The notes under the pieces: generated by a model | Databases searched by the model: none | What the model saw: the letters and a program-made list of their open reading frames with translations, nothing else | What the model was told of the DNA's origin: nothing | Made by a program: the position numbers and the translations under genes | DNA from: Chiloscyllium plagiosum | Taxonomy: Eukaryota | Length of the DNA stretch: 64,000 bases | Direction: 5' to 3' | Assembly: GCF_004010195.1 (NCBI RefSeq) | Contig: NC_057720.1 | Location: 4,699,426 to 4,763,425, forward strand | In this document: in pieces, positions 1 through 11,460 of the stretch | How positions within the stretch are numbered: position 1 is the first letter of the stretch | How the letters are laid out: each line of letters starts with the position of its first letter

Positions 1-1570
1 TGCTCGCATCCAAATCATTTATGTAAATGACAAAAAGTAGAGGGCCCAGCACCGATCCTTGTGGCACTCCACTGGTCACAGGCCTCCAGTCTGAAAAACA
101 ACCCTCCACCACCACCCTCTGTCTTCTATCTTTCAGCCAGTTCTGTACACACATGGCTAGTTCTCCCTGTATTCCATGAGATCTAACCTTGCTAACCAGT
201 CTCCCGTGGGGAACCTTGTCGAACGCCTTACTGAAGGAAAGACTTTTTAGAACAGAGATAAGGAGAAACTTCTTCAGCCAGAGAGTGGTGAACCTATGGA
301 ATTCATTGCCACAGACGGCTTGGGAGCCAGGTCATTGAGTATATTTAAGACTGAGGTAGATAGGTTCTTGTTTGTCAAGGGGATCAAGTGGAGAAAGTGG
401 GAGAATGGAGTTGAGAAACCTATCAGCCATTTTTGATTACTGGAGCAGACTTGCTGGGCTGAATGGCCTAATTTCTGCTCCTATGTCTTATGGTTTTATG
501 GTCTAACTTCTGATTTTCCAAACCCATTCTAATTTATTTTATGAATGTTTAGAGAGATGAATGCAGCATTTTTCTCTTATTATCCAGTTACCCCTTCCTC
601 TGTACTTACAGTTATCCCCATTGTATGTCTGGGCAATTACTGTATAATGCCAACACATGTTAAGATAAGTAAAAACATGGAATAATGACATTCATAAGAA
701 CAGAAGAGCTAGGAGCAGCAGTAGGCCATTCTGCCCCTCTAATCTGCTCTGCCATTTAGTACGATCATGGCTGAACTCATCTCGGCCTCAACTCTACTTT
801 CTTGTCTACTCTCCATAACTCTGTAACCCATTACTCATTAAAAATCTATCTCCTCCTCAAATTTATTCATTGTCATCCATCGCACTCTAAGGGAGTGAAT
901 TCCACTGTAACCTGACTCTTTGGGAGAAGCCATTTCTCCTCATCTCTGTTTTGAACCTGCTCCGTGTTATCCTAAAATTATGGTCTCTTATTGATTGTCC
1001 CACTTGAGGAAACATCCTTTCTATGTCTACTTTGTCAATCTCCTCGAGCATCTTATTGGCCTCGACTAGATCTCCTCTCATTCTTCTAATCTCCAGACAG
1101 TATTGGCCTAAACTGCTCCATCTCCCTTCCTAAGAGACCTCCAGAATCAATCCAGTGAACCTCCTCTGAACTGCCTCCAATGTAACCATACCCCACCTCA
1201 ACTAAAGAGATCAAAATTGCACACAGTATTCCCAGGTGCAGTCTCACAAATGAATGGTAGAGTTGGAGTAGGAATGGCCTCAATCTGCTCTGTAATATTT
1301 CTGTGATTCTCAGTTCAATATATGAGAGGGGAAAGATTTAAATGGGCAACTTTTTCACGCAAAGTGTAGTGCATATAGAGACAAGCTGCCAGCGGAAGTG
1401 GTGGAGGCTGGTACAATTACAACATTTAAAAGGCATCTGGATGGGTATATGAATAGGAAGAGTTTAGAGGGATATGGGCCAAATGGGACTTATTAATTTA
1501 GGATATCTGGTCACCATGGATAAGTTAGACTGAAGGATCTGTTTCCATGTTGTACATCTCTATGACTCTA
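1..1570. mobile_element. Cluster of CR1 fragments in both orientations
   Basis: RT piece at 1-235 (-); 3' ends at ~236-500 (+), 700-1260 (-) and 1320-1570 (+). Confidence 0.75.
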
Positions 1571-1612
1571 TATGATCACAGGGGATGGATTGTCAAAATG
1601 AGCAGCATTTAC

Positions 1613-1791
1613 TTTGGGATTGCCAGCACCAGTTGACTTTCTGGGCCTTTTTCTCAAGTCCCGGGCCTCCAGGTGGTGCAGCAGTTTCAGGTAATACTCC
1701 TCCAGCTCCTTCCGCAACTTGCATGATGTTTCTTCCAGAGGAACGGTCAGCTTCTTCGATTCAAAGTATTTCTTCTTCCAACTATTGCGAA
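1613..1791 (-). CDS. SPATA1: SPATA1 coding exon 10 (VRNSWKKKYFESKKLTVPLEETSCKLRKELEEYYLKLLHHLEARDLRKRPRKSTGAGNPK), SPATA1 C-terminal domain
   Basis: Acceptor tctgacag, donor AAA|gtaaat; 179 nt, phase 1 to 0. Matches SPATA1 WKKKYLETKKVT...LREDLELYYKKLLMQLEARE. The remaining exons are outside the window. Confidence 0.94.
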
Positions 1792-2743
1792 CTGTCAGAC
1801 AGAAGAACAAGGGCCCATCAGCAACACAGGACAACAAAGCCTCACTGAAGAATAGCTGTCGCTGTCATTAGGAAACGCAGCAGTCAATTTACACACAGCA
1901 AGCTCCCCGAAACAGAAATGTAACAACGACCGGATCATCTGTTTTTGATGGATGTACATCAATTGGATTATTTGTCACAGATTGTCTGCTCAGTTACACG
2001 CTGTGGAACTGGAACCCTCATTTCAAAGATGAGTGGCCATTCGGGATCATGTGTTTCTGCCATCTTTGGTCATGTGATCAAATAGCCCTGATTTTTGACC
2101 TCAGATGTTTGAGGCAGGACATTCCATGGAGTCCTGGAATCTGGAATACAGGACCCTGCATCATTTTCTTTCCTTCTCTCTACCATCACTTAGACTTTGT
2201 GACTCAAGATGGGACGCAGCCTTACAGACATTAGAAAATAAGGAATAGGAGGAGGAGTAGGCCATCTGGCCCATCAAGCCTACTCTACCGTTTAATAAGA
2301 TCATGATGGGCTCAATGGTCTACTCCTGAAAGAAGTGGCAATTGGATAAAGTGTGACTGAGTTACGAAGAACTTCAGGAGTTTCTGATTCATTGAGAAGT
2401 TGATTCCTTCTAATAATTAAAGGTTCAAGTATTGCTTTAGTCCATTCAAGCAACTTAGACATGAGCTAGGCAAAGTTGTTAGAGTAATCAAAAAGCCCTC
2501 CCCTCCCACACCAGTTATACTCTTTTCCACTCTCTTCCATCAGACACAAGATGTAAAGGTTTGAATACACATATGAACAGATTCAAGAACAGATTATTTT
2601 CCCCACTGCTACTAGACTTCTGAATAGACCTCTCAAATGTTAATTCGGATGTCTCTCTCTGCACCTTTTCTGTGGCTGTAACACTATATTCTGCACTCTG
2701 TTCTGCTATCCTGATGCACGTTGTATGGTACAATCTACCTGAA

Positions 2744-2926
2744 CAGAGTGGTGCTGGAAAAGCACAGCAGTTCAGGCAGCATCCTGAAGCTTCATTCCTG
2801 ATGAAGGGCTTTTGCCCGAAACATCGATTTCCCTGCTCCTCAGATGCTGCCTGAACTGCTGTGCTTTTCCAGCACCACTCTAATCTAGAATCTGGTTTCC
2901 AGCATCTGCAGTCATTGTTTTTACCT
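2744..2926 (+). mobile_element. Family A fold-back pLTR cassette
   Basis: Partial inverted arm plus full arm; 12-bp TSD aatctacctgaa at 2732-2743 and 2927-2938; inserted in a Rex/Babar tail. Confidence 0.85.
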
Positions 2927-3124
2927 AATCTACCTGAATAGCACGCAAAACAACACTTCACGGTTTCTTGGTACATATGACAACAATAAGTTAATCAATC
3001 AATCAAACTGTGCTAGAGTTTCATAATGTTAATCACAGAATAATAATGACACCTTAATGGACTGAGCATCTATGTCATTGAGTAAGAGAACATGGGTGAC
3101 TAGCTCTTCCCCTCACACCAAGGA

Positions 3125-3580
3125 CTCGGACCCTTCCAATGCAGTTCCGACAGAGAACTGCACTCTCAGTTGGTCTGCCTTTCAGATGAAGATTGAAGCC
3201 CTGGTCCCATGGGCCTTCTCTGGCAGGGAGCTGGAATCCCATGTGATCATTTTTGCAGAGGGCAATGGGGGTTTTGCCCAGTGTCAACCCCAATAACCAT
3301 CAAAAAAACACTTTCCGACCATTGTCCAGTTACTGTGTGTATGCCTGTGTGTGTGTGTGTGTGTGTGGGGCTGTGTGTGTGTACACGCATGTGTGTTTGG
3401 GGGGTTTGGGGGCCTGAGGGGTGCGTGTTGATGTGTGCATGTGGGGGTTGTGTGCGTGTGCGTGTGCGTGTTTGTGGGAGGCAGGGGGGAGGCAGCTTCC
3501 TGTGAGCGAATTGATGCTGCATTTCTAACAAGGACTGCCACTTCAAAAGTACTGCAATGGCTGTAAACGTCCTGGAGTAC
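3125..3580 (+). mobile_element. DeuSINE-like old SINE with an internal (GT)n expansion at ~3335-3475
   Basis: Deu-domain-like tgcctttcagatga...cccatg and tail cacttcaaaagtact..atggctgtaaa. Related pieces at ~1845-1950 (-) and ~55925-56170 (+). Confidence 0.6.
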
Positions 3581-3628
3581 ATTGTTTTGAATAGCCTTTG
3601 AGAATTGAGAGCATTGATTAGCCCTTAC

Positions 3629-3754
3629 CTTGGTTCCTCCGTAATTGATTCTGTGCTAATAATCCTTTTGCTTTCTTTACAAGTTCTTCCCTTGTCCTCT
3701 CAAGGCATTTTCTCTCCTGTTTTGTTGCATTTATTTGGGCAATCAGCTGCTCCT
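3629..3754 (-). CDS. SPATA1: SPATA1 coding exon 9 (KEQLIAQINATKQERKCLERTREELVKKAKGLLAQNQLRRNQ), coiled coil
   Basis: Acceptor ttttaaag, donor G|gtaagg; 126 nt, phase 1 to 1. Matches SPATA1 REKIIKQMKQVKEERRYLERNREELVK. Confidence 0.92.
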
Positions 3755-4753
3755 CTTTAAAACAAAAAATGCCACATCATACTCAGAATAATGCAAATTC
3801 CTCTAAACTAAAAGAATGGAAAATACTTTGAGTCATAGAGATGTACAGCACGGAAACACTGCAATTGCATCTAATGTAGCTGAAATGATTCCAAGTACAT
3901 CACAAAGTGCAGTGCCCATTTTAGTTTCAAGCATAAGGAAGGAGTCAAGGCTTATGCAAGAGGACTGGTGGAGATTGGTACAATTACAGCATTTAAAAGG
4001 CATCTGGATGGGTATATGAATAGGAAGGGTTTAGAGGGATATAGGTCAAGTGCTGGCAAATGGGTCTAGATTAGGTTAGGAAATCTGGTCGGCATGGACG
4101 TGTTGGACTGAATGGTCTGTTTCCGTGCTGTACATCTTTATGACTCTAAAGCTGCTATCAAATAAGCCGTGCTCTTACTGAGTGGTGAAACTGGTTCAAT
4201 GGGCTGAATGGCCATCTCTTTCCCCTATTTTTTATGAACTCAAGTGTCATACTGTAAAGGAAATGTCCAATTGGCCCCATCTCTTTTGTCGCTTTGTAAA
4301 AGACTAACATCCACCAATTTGACTTCGATCACAAAATGTACAACAAAGGGTCACCATTTTATCTCCACCTTCATCCTCTCTTCTCCCAGAAACAAAAACA
4401 CTTATTAAAGATTGGCCACCTCACTGTGGGAGGTGGTGGGGGACGGGGGAAGCTAGCTACATTTGCAATGGGTCCTCCCAACCAGCTCTTGGTTATTTTT
4501 CACAATTGAGAGAAATGAGGCACAACTTTTCTGAATGGTTACAGTACTCCACTTGGTCCTTATATGCTGCTACATCGGAGCAAGAGGAGACCATTCAGCC
4601 CCTTTGTGCTGCTCCGTCATGGCTAATGGTGCCTCAGCTTCTTTCCCCAGCTTTGTCCCTATCCCTTGATAGAGCTTTCCCTTAAAAACAGATCTAATAC
4701 CCTCAGTCTTGCCTGGAAATGGTAATAAATCAGAAATGACAGCAGGTACTTAC

Positions 4754-4868
4754 TCTCTGTTGGGACTGACTCAAATTGGGCTCTGAGGTTGAGATCTAGT
4801 GGAGGTGGAGGTGGAGGAGGAGGCAGGGAATAGTTCTTCATAACTGTCAAATGACCATCATTCTGCAT
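4754..4868 (-). CDS. SPATA1: SPATA1 coding exon 8 (MQNDGHLTVMKNYSLPPPPPPPPLDLNLRAQFESVPTE)
   Basis: Polypyrimidine tract and tgtag acceptor, donor A|gtaagt; 115 nt, phase 0 to 1; the only open frame. Confidence 0.82.
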
Positions 4869-5729
4869 CTACATGGCAAAAAGAAACACAATAAAACAGG
4901 CAGAGGTGAGGGCAAAATCCATCTTTTTTTAATATTCTTTCATGGGTGTAAGTGTCACTGATAAAAACAACATTTATAGTCATAGAATTGAGTCATATAG
5001 TATAGAGAAGCCCTTTGGCCCACTTCGTCTGCAGAAACAAGAACTCGAAATCTACATTCGCCCGACTTCCCCGCACTAGGTCCATAACATCCAATGGTAC
5101 ATCATTGCAAGTGCTCATCCAAACACTTCTTAAAGATTGGGAGGTTTCCACCTCAACCAGTGCATTCTAGAGTCCCACCACCTTCAAAAACAATTTCAAG
5201 TCCCCTCTCATCCTTCTGTCTCCAACCTTAAAATTCTGTCCCCTTGTTCTTGACTCTTCAAACCAGGGGAACTGCTGCTTTGTATTCACCCTGTCCATGG
5301 CCCTCATAATCTTATACACTTCTACCAGAACCCCCTCAACATTCGCTGCTCCATAGAAAACCTGAGCTCACCAGCCTCCCTTTATCGCTGAACTGCTCCA
5401 TCCTGGGCAACATCCTGGTGAATCTCCTCTGTACCCCCTCCAGTACAATCACACCCTTCCTATAGTGTAGTCACCAGAACTGCACACAGTACTCCAGCTG
5501 TGGCCTAACCAAAGTTCCACACAGTTCCAACATCACCTCCCTTCTCTTATTATCTATGCCCTGACTGATAAAGGCAAATATGCTTCTTAACTAGAGTATT
5601 ATCCTGCCGTGCCACCTTCAGAGATCTGAGGACAAGAACCCTGAGATCCCTCTGGTCCAGTGCTAACTGACCTTGTGAAGGTACTGGTGAGTCACCTTCT
5701 TGAATCGCTGCAGTACAATTTGTATCAAC

Positions 5730-7135
5730 ACATAGAACATAGTACAGTACAGCACTGTACAGGCCCTTTGGCCCACGGTGTTGTGCCGAGCATTTATCTT
5801 AATCTAAGATCAATCTAACTTACACACCTCTCAATTCACTGCCGTCCATGTGCTTGTCCAGCAGTCACTTAAATGTCCCTAATGTCTCTGACTCTACCAC
5901 CACTGCTGGCAGTGCATTCCACACACTCACCACTCTGTGTAAACAACCTACCTCTGCCATCCCCCTATCCTTCCTCCAATCGTCTTAAAAGTATGACCCC
6001 TCGTGACAGCCATTTCTGCCCTGGGGAAATGTCTCTGGCTATCTACTCTATCTCTCTCATTACCTTGTACATCTCTGTCAAGTCACCTCTCTTCTTTCTT
6101 CTCTCCAGTGTGAAAATTCCTAGCGCACTCAGCCTTTCTTCCTAGGACATGCCCTCCAGTTCAGACAGCATCCTGGTAAATCTCCTCTGCGCCCTCTCAA
6201 AAGCATCTACATCCTTCCTATAATGAAGCAACCAGAACTGGACACAATATTCCAAGTGTGGTTTAACAAGGGTTTTATAGAGCTGAAGCAAAACCTCATG
6301 GCTCTTAAACTCAATGCCCCTGTTAATGAAAGCCAAAACACCATACACCTTCTTAACAACCCTATCAGTACAGTGGCAATTTTGAAGGATCTATGTACGT
6401 GCCCCCCAAGATCCCGCTGTTCCTCCACACTGCCAAGAATCCTGCCTTTAACCCTGTTTTCAGCATTCAAATTCAACCTTCTGAAATGAAACACTTTGCG
6501 TTTATCCAGGTTGAACTCCACCTGCCACTTCTCAGCCCAGCTCTGCATCCTGTCAGTGTCTTGTAGCCTGCAACAACCCTCGACACTATCCACAACACCA
6601 CTGACCTTCGTGTCATCGGCACCGTACCAACCCACCCTTCCACTTCTTCATCCAAGTCATTTATAAAAACTACAAAGACCGGAGGCCCAAGAACAGACCC
6701 CTGCACGACAGCACTGGTCACCGACCTCCAGACGGAATACTTTCCATCCACTACCACTCCCTGTCTTCTTTTGGCCAGACAATTCTGTATCCAGGCAGCC
6801 AAATTTCCTTGTATCCCATAGCTCCTAACTTTCTGAATGAGTTTACCATGGAGAACCTTATCAAATGCCTTACTGAAATCCATTTACATCACATCCACTG
6901 TTCAACCTTCGTCAACTTGTCTCATCATATCCTCAAAGAACTCAATAAGGCAGGCATGACCTGCCCTTCACAAAGCCATGCTGAGTATCTCTAATCAATG
7001 TTTTTCCAAATAGTAATACATCCAATCTCTCAGAATTGTTTCCAGTACCTTGCTGACCACAGATGTAAGACTGACTGGTCCATAATTCCCAGGGATTTCC
7101 CAATCCCTTTCTTGAACAGCGGAACAAAATTCGCC
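5730..7135 (-). mobile_element. CR1 LINE RT fragment with 3' tail
   Basis: [50 protein letters not shown]. Confidence 0.9.
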
Positions 7136-7274
7136 TTCCTCTAATCATCCTCCCTCCCACATATGCAGCACTGTTCAGGAATTCCAGGATTTTTACCCAG
7201 CAGTAGTGAAGGAACAGCAATGTATTTCCAAGCCGAAATGGTGAGTGGTTTCGAAAGGAACTTGTCCTTCCAGG

Positions 7275-8208
7275 TGGAAGTAGTGCTGGGTCCACTGCTA
7301 TTTGTCATTTATATAAACAAGTATTTAGGAGGCATGGTTAGTATGCTTGCAGATAACACCGAAATTGGTGGTATACTGGGACAGTGAAGGTTATCTCAGA
7401 TTTTAGAGGGATCAATTGGGCCAGTGGGCTGAGGAGTGGCAGATGGAGTTTAATTTGGTTAAGTGCAAGATATTACATTTTGGTTAAAAATGTACAAGGG
7501 CAGGATTTGTAAAGTTAATGTTTGGGCCCTGGGGAGTGTTGTTGAACAGAGAGACCTAGGCATTATTTTGGAAGTTGAGTCACATGTAGACAGGGTGGTT
7601 AAGAAGATGTTTAGCACACTTGCCTTTATTGCTCAGACCTTTGAGTATAGGAGTTGGGACATCATGTTGAGGTTGTACAGGATGTTAGGGAGGCCACTCC
7701 TGGAATACTGTGTCCCGTTCTGGTCACCCTGTTATAGGAAGAATATTAAATTGGAAAGGGTTCAGAAAGGATTTACCAGGACGTTGCTGGGAATGGAGGG
7801 TTTGAGTTATAAAGAGAGGCTGGATAGGCTGGAACTTTTTTCACTGTAGCATAGGAGGTTGAGGGGTGACCTTATAGAGATTTATAAGATCATGAGGGGT
7901 ATACATAAGGTAACTAGCCAGGCTAGACAAGTCCAAAGCTAGGGGGCATATTTTTAAGGTGATTTAAAAAGAACATGAGGGGCAAAAATTTTACACAGAG
8001 AGTGGTTCACGTGTGGAATGAACTACCAGAGGAAGTGGTGGATGCGGGTACAGTTACAACATTTAAATAACATTTGGATAAATTCATGAATAGAAAAGGT
8101 TTGGAGGGATATGGGCCAAGCACAGGCCGGTGGGACTAGTTTAGTTTGGCAACATGGTCAGCACAGATGAGTTGGACTGAAAAGTCTGTTTCTGTCCTAT
8201 ATGACTCA
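7275..8208 (+). mobile_element. CR1 LINE RT C-terminal fragment with 3' tail
   Basis: [49 protein letters not shown]. Confidence 0.88.
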
Positions 8209-8460
8209 GTGGTTGTGGGTTTTGAAGATGCTGTCAATGGAGTCCTGGCAAGTTGCTGTAGTGCATCTTGTAGATGGTATACACTCCTGCTCCTGTTCAT
8301 CAGCACTGGAGGGAGTGGGTATTGAAGGTTTTGAGTGGGGTTCACATTAAATGTGTTGCTTTGTCCTGGATTGTGGAGAACCTTGGTAAGATAGTGAGGG
8401 AATCAAACAATCAGAAAAGGACAAACAAATTTCTTACATGACCAGAAGTGCATTCAATAC

Positions 8461-8515
8461 CTGATCAGTTCTCTGTCCATCATTGATCGATGCTGGACCC
8501 TGATTTACTTGCTGA
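8461..8515 (-). CDS. SPATA1: SPATA1 coding exon 7 (SQQVNQGPASINDGQRTDQ)
   Basis: Acceptor ttttgcag, donor CAG|gtattg; 55 nt. Its phase 2 to 0 is exactly what is needed to join exons 6 and 8. Confidence 0.72.
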
Positions 8516-8616
8516 CTGCAAAACAGAATTGGAATAGATTTTGAAGCACGGTTTTCAAACACAGGTAGAGCATTGAAGCAACCGTGGAAAGAAAGCAATG
8601 ATCAGAAGGTTATTAC

Positions 8617-8758
8617 CTCTTCTTTCTTTGGATTTCGCAATATTCCAAATCTTTCTCATCCAATGATTCTGATAGCCCGGAATCGCCCGTGCTGTTACTC
8701 CTGCCTTGTTTTGCAACTGGACCACTGTCCATCTGAGCAACACCGCTGGCTGTAATAT
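8617..8758 (-). CDS. SPATA1: SPATA1 coding exon 6 (DITASGVAQMDSGPVAKQGRSNSTGDSGLSESLDEKDLEYCEIQRKK)
   Basis: Acceptor ttttgtag, donor AG|gtaata; 142 nt, phase 1 to 2. Unique sequence between repeats; loosely resembles the SPATA1 linker (GNSELPGSLED). Confidence 0.78.
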
Positions 8759-10139
8759 CTACAAAACAATAATACCACTTACAATCAAAGCACTGGTTAA
8801 ATGCGTTCAAACAATTGTTTAACTTCTTCACATTGTCAGGAGTAAGAAATGATGGATTGGCAGCACTCACATCTCTGAGCCTGAGTTTGAAACTTGGAAC
8901 AGTCAGCTGATCCAAGCTCCCTTTGTAATTGTAATAAGAGACTTCTGGAGTTTCGGAATTAAATTCCCATGGCTTTGTGAAAGAAATGAAAATCAGACAG
9001 AATGAATCATAGGTACGGCTCTGAGTAAAGGAGTTTCTCCTCATCTCACTCCCAGCTCTCTTGTTGACAACCTTGAAATTATGACCCCTAGTTACTGACA
9101 TACCAACTAGTGGAAACAGAATATCCTTCTTTACCTTGTCAAGATTGTTCATAATTTAGAACACTGCAATAAGGTCATTTCTTAATTTTCTCTGCTTCAA
9201 GCAGAATAAGCCCCATTTCTCTAATCTTTCCCTGTATCTAAAGGCCCTCATTCCTGGTATCATTCTCGTAAAGTCAATAGATGCGGAGCTGGAAGAGCAC
9301 AGCAGGTCTGAAAGCATCCGAAGAGCAGGAAGTCAACGTTTTGGATCGAAACCCTGGTAAATCTCCTCTGAACTCTCCTCAGGGCTTTAACATCCTTCTT
9401 TAAACAAGATTCGCAGAAGTGAACAATATACTCCAAATGTGGTCTAACCATTGATTTGTTGAGATGTAGCATCACTTCCTTGTTTTTATACTCTATACCT
9501 ATAGTTATCAACCTCCTCAACAACTTGCCCAGCCACCTTCAGAGAATCATGTACGTGAACCCTGAGGTCTCTGTTCTCCCAGTCTCCCATCAAAGTTGTC
9601 CCATTGAGCCTGCATTGTCTCTCCATGTTTCTTCAACCAAAATGCATTGCCACACATTTCTCTGCTTTGAAATTTATCTGCCAGGTGTCTGCCCATTTGA
9701 CCTACTTGTTAATGCCCCTCTAAAATCGCTCAGCATCATCCTCATAATTCGCTATTCTCCGTATCTCAGTATCGTCTGCAAATTTAGGGATTTTGTCCTC
9801 AACACCTGTCTCCCCAAATCGTTTATATAAAATTAGAGAAAGCAAGGGTCCCAACACTGATTTTCGGGGAACACCACTTTCAACTTGTCTCCAATCTGAG
9901 AGATAACCATACCTTTTATTTTCCTGAAGAAGGGCTTATGCCCAAAGCGTCGATTCTCTTGCTCCTTGGATGCTGCCTGACCTGCTGCGCTTTTCCAGCA
10001 ACACATTTTTCAGCTCTGATCTCCAGCATCTGCAGTCCTCACTTTCTCCTATACATACCTTTTGCAAGGTTTGTGAAGGTTTGTAGCTCAGGTTGAGGTT
10101 TAGGGTGTAGGTTTGCTCGCTGAGCTGTAGGTTTGATAT

Positions 10140-10179
10140 CCAGACGTTTCATTACCTGGTTAGGTAACATCATCAGTGG
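10140..10179 (-). ncRNA. Minimal hammerhead ribozyme motif, family D
   Basis: cca-CUGAUGA-u-guuaccu(aacc)agguaau-GAAA-cg-UC-ugg; 3-bp stem I cca/ugg. Confidence 0.8.
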
Positions 10180-10969
10180 CAACCTCCAAGTGAAGCGAAG
10201 CTGTTGTCTCCTGCTTTCTATTTATATCTTCCTTCTGGATGGAGTTCCAGGGGTTTGTGGTGATGTCATTTCCTGTTCATTTTCTGAGGGGTTGACAAAG
10301 GGAAGCGAAGCTGTTGTCTCCTGCTTTCTATTTTATATCTTCCTTCTGGATGGGTTCCAGGGGTTTGTGGTGATGTCATTTCCTGTACATTTTCTGAGGG
10401 GTTGACAGATGGCATCTAGATCTATGTGTTTGTTTATGGCGTTGTGGTTGGAGTACCAGGCCTCTAGGAATTCTCTGGCATGTCTTTGCTTAGCCTGTCC
10501 CAGGTTAGATGTGTTGTCCCAGTCGAAATGGTGTTTTTCTTTCCTCCTTGTGTAGGGCTACGAGGGAGAGGGTCGTGTCTTTTTGTGGCTAGCTGGTGTT
10601 CGTGTATCCTGGTGGCTAACTTTCTTCCTGTTTGTCCTACGTAGTGCTTGTGGCAGAGCTTGCATGGAATTTTGTAGATGACGTTGGTTTTGTCCATGGG
10701 TTGTACTGGGTCTTTTAAGTTTGTTAGTTTTTGTTTGAGAGTGTTGGTGGGCTTGTGTGCTACTAGGATTCCCAGGGGTCTTAGTAGTCTGGCTGTCATT
10801 TCTGAAACTTCTTTGATGTATGGTAAGGTGGTTAGGATTTCTGGCTGTGTTTGGTCTGCTTGTCGTGGTTTGTTCTTGAAGAATCTGCGCACTGTATTTT
10901 TTGAGTATCCGTTTTTCTTGAATACGTTGTATAGGTGGTTCTCCTCTGTTTTCCGAAGTTCGTCTGTGC

Positions 10970-11460
10970 NNNNNNNNNNNNNNNNNNNNNNNNNNNNNNN
11001 NNNNNNNNNNNNNNNNNNNNNNNNNNNNNNNNNNNNNNNNNNNNNNNNNNNNNNNNNNNNNNNNNNNNNNNNNNNNNNNNNNNNNNNNNNNNNNNNNNNN
11101 NNNNNNNNNNNNNNNNNNNNNNNNNNNNNNNNNNNNNNNNNNNNNNNNNNNNNNNNNNNNNNNNNNNNNNNNNNNNNNNNNNNNNNNNNNNNNNNNNNNN
11201 NNNNNNNNNNNNNNNNNNNNNNNNNNNNNNNNNNNNNNNNNNNNNNNNNNNNNNNNNNNNNNNNNNNNNNNNNNNNNNNNNNNNNNNNNNNNNNNNNNNN
11301 NNNNNNNNNNNNNNNNNNNNNNNNNNNNNNNNNNNNNNNNNNNNNNNNNNNNNNNNNNNNNNNNNNNNNNNNNNNNNNNNNNNNNNNNNNNNNNNNNNNN
11401 NNNNNNNNNNNNNNNNNNNNNNNNNNNNNNNNNNNNNNNNNNNNNNNNNNNNNNNNNNNN
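10970..11460. other. Assembly gap (N run) inside Penelope D RT
   Basis: 491 N. Confidence 0.99.
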
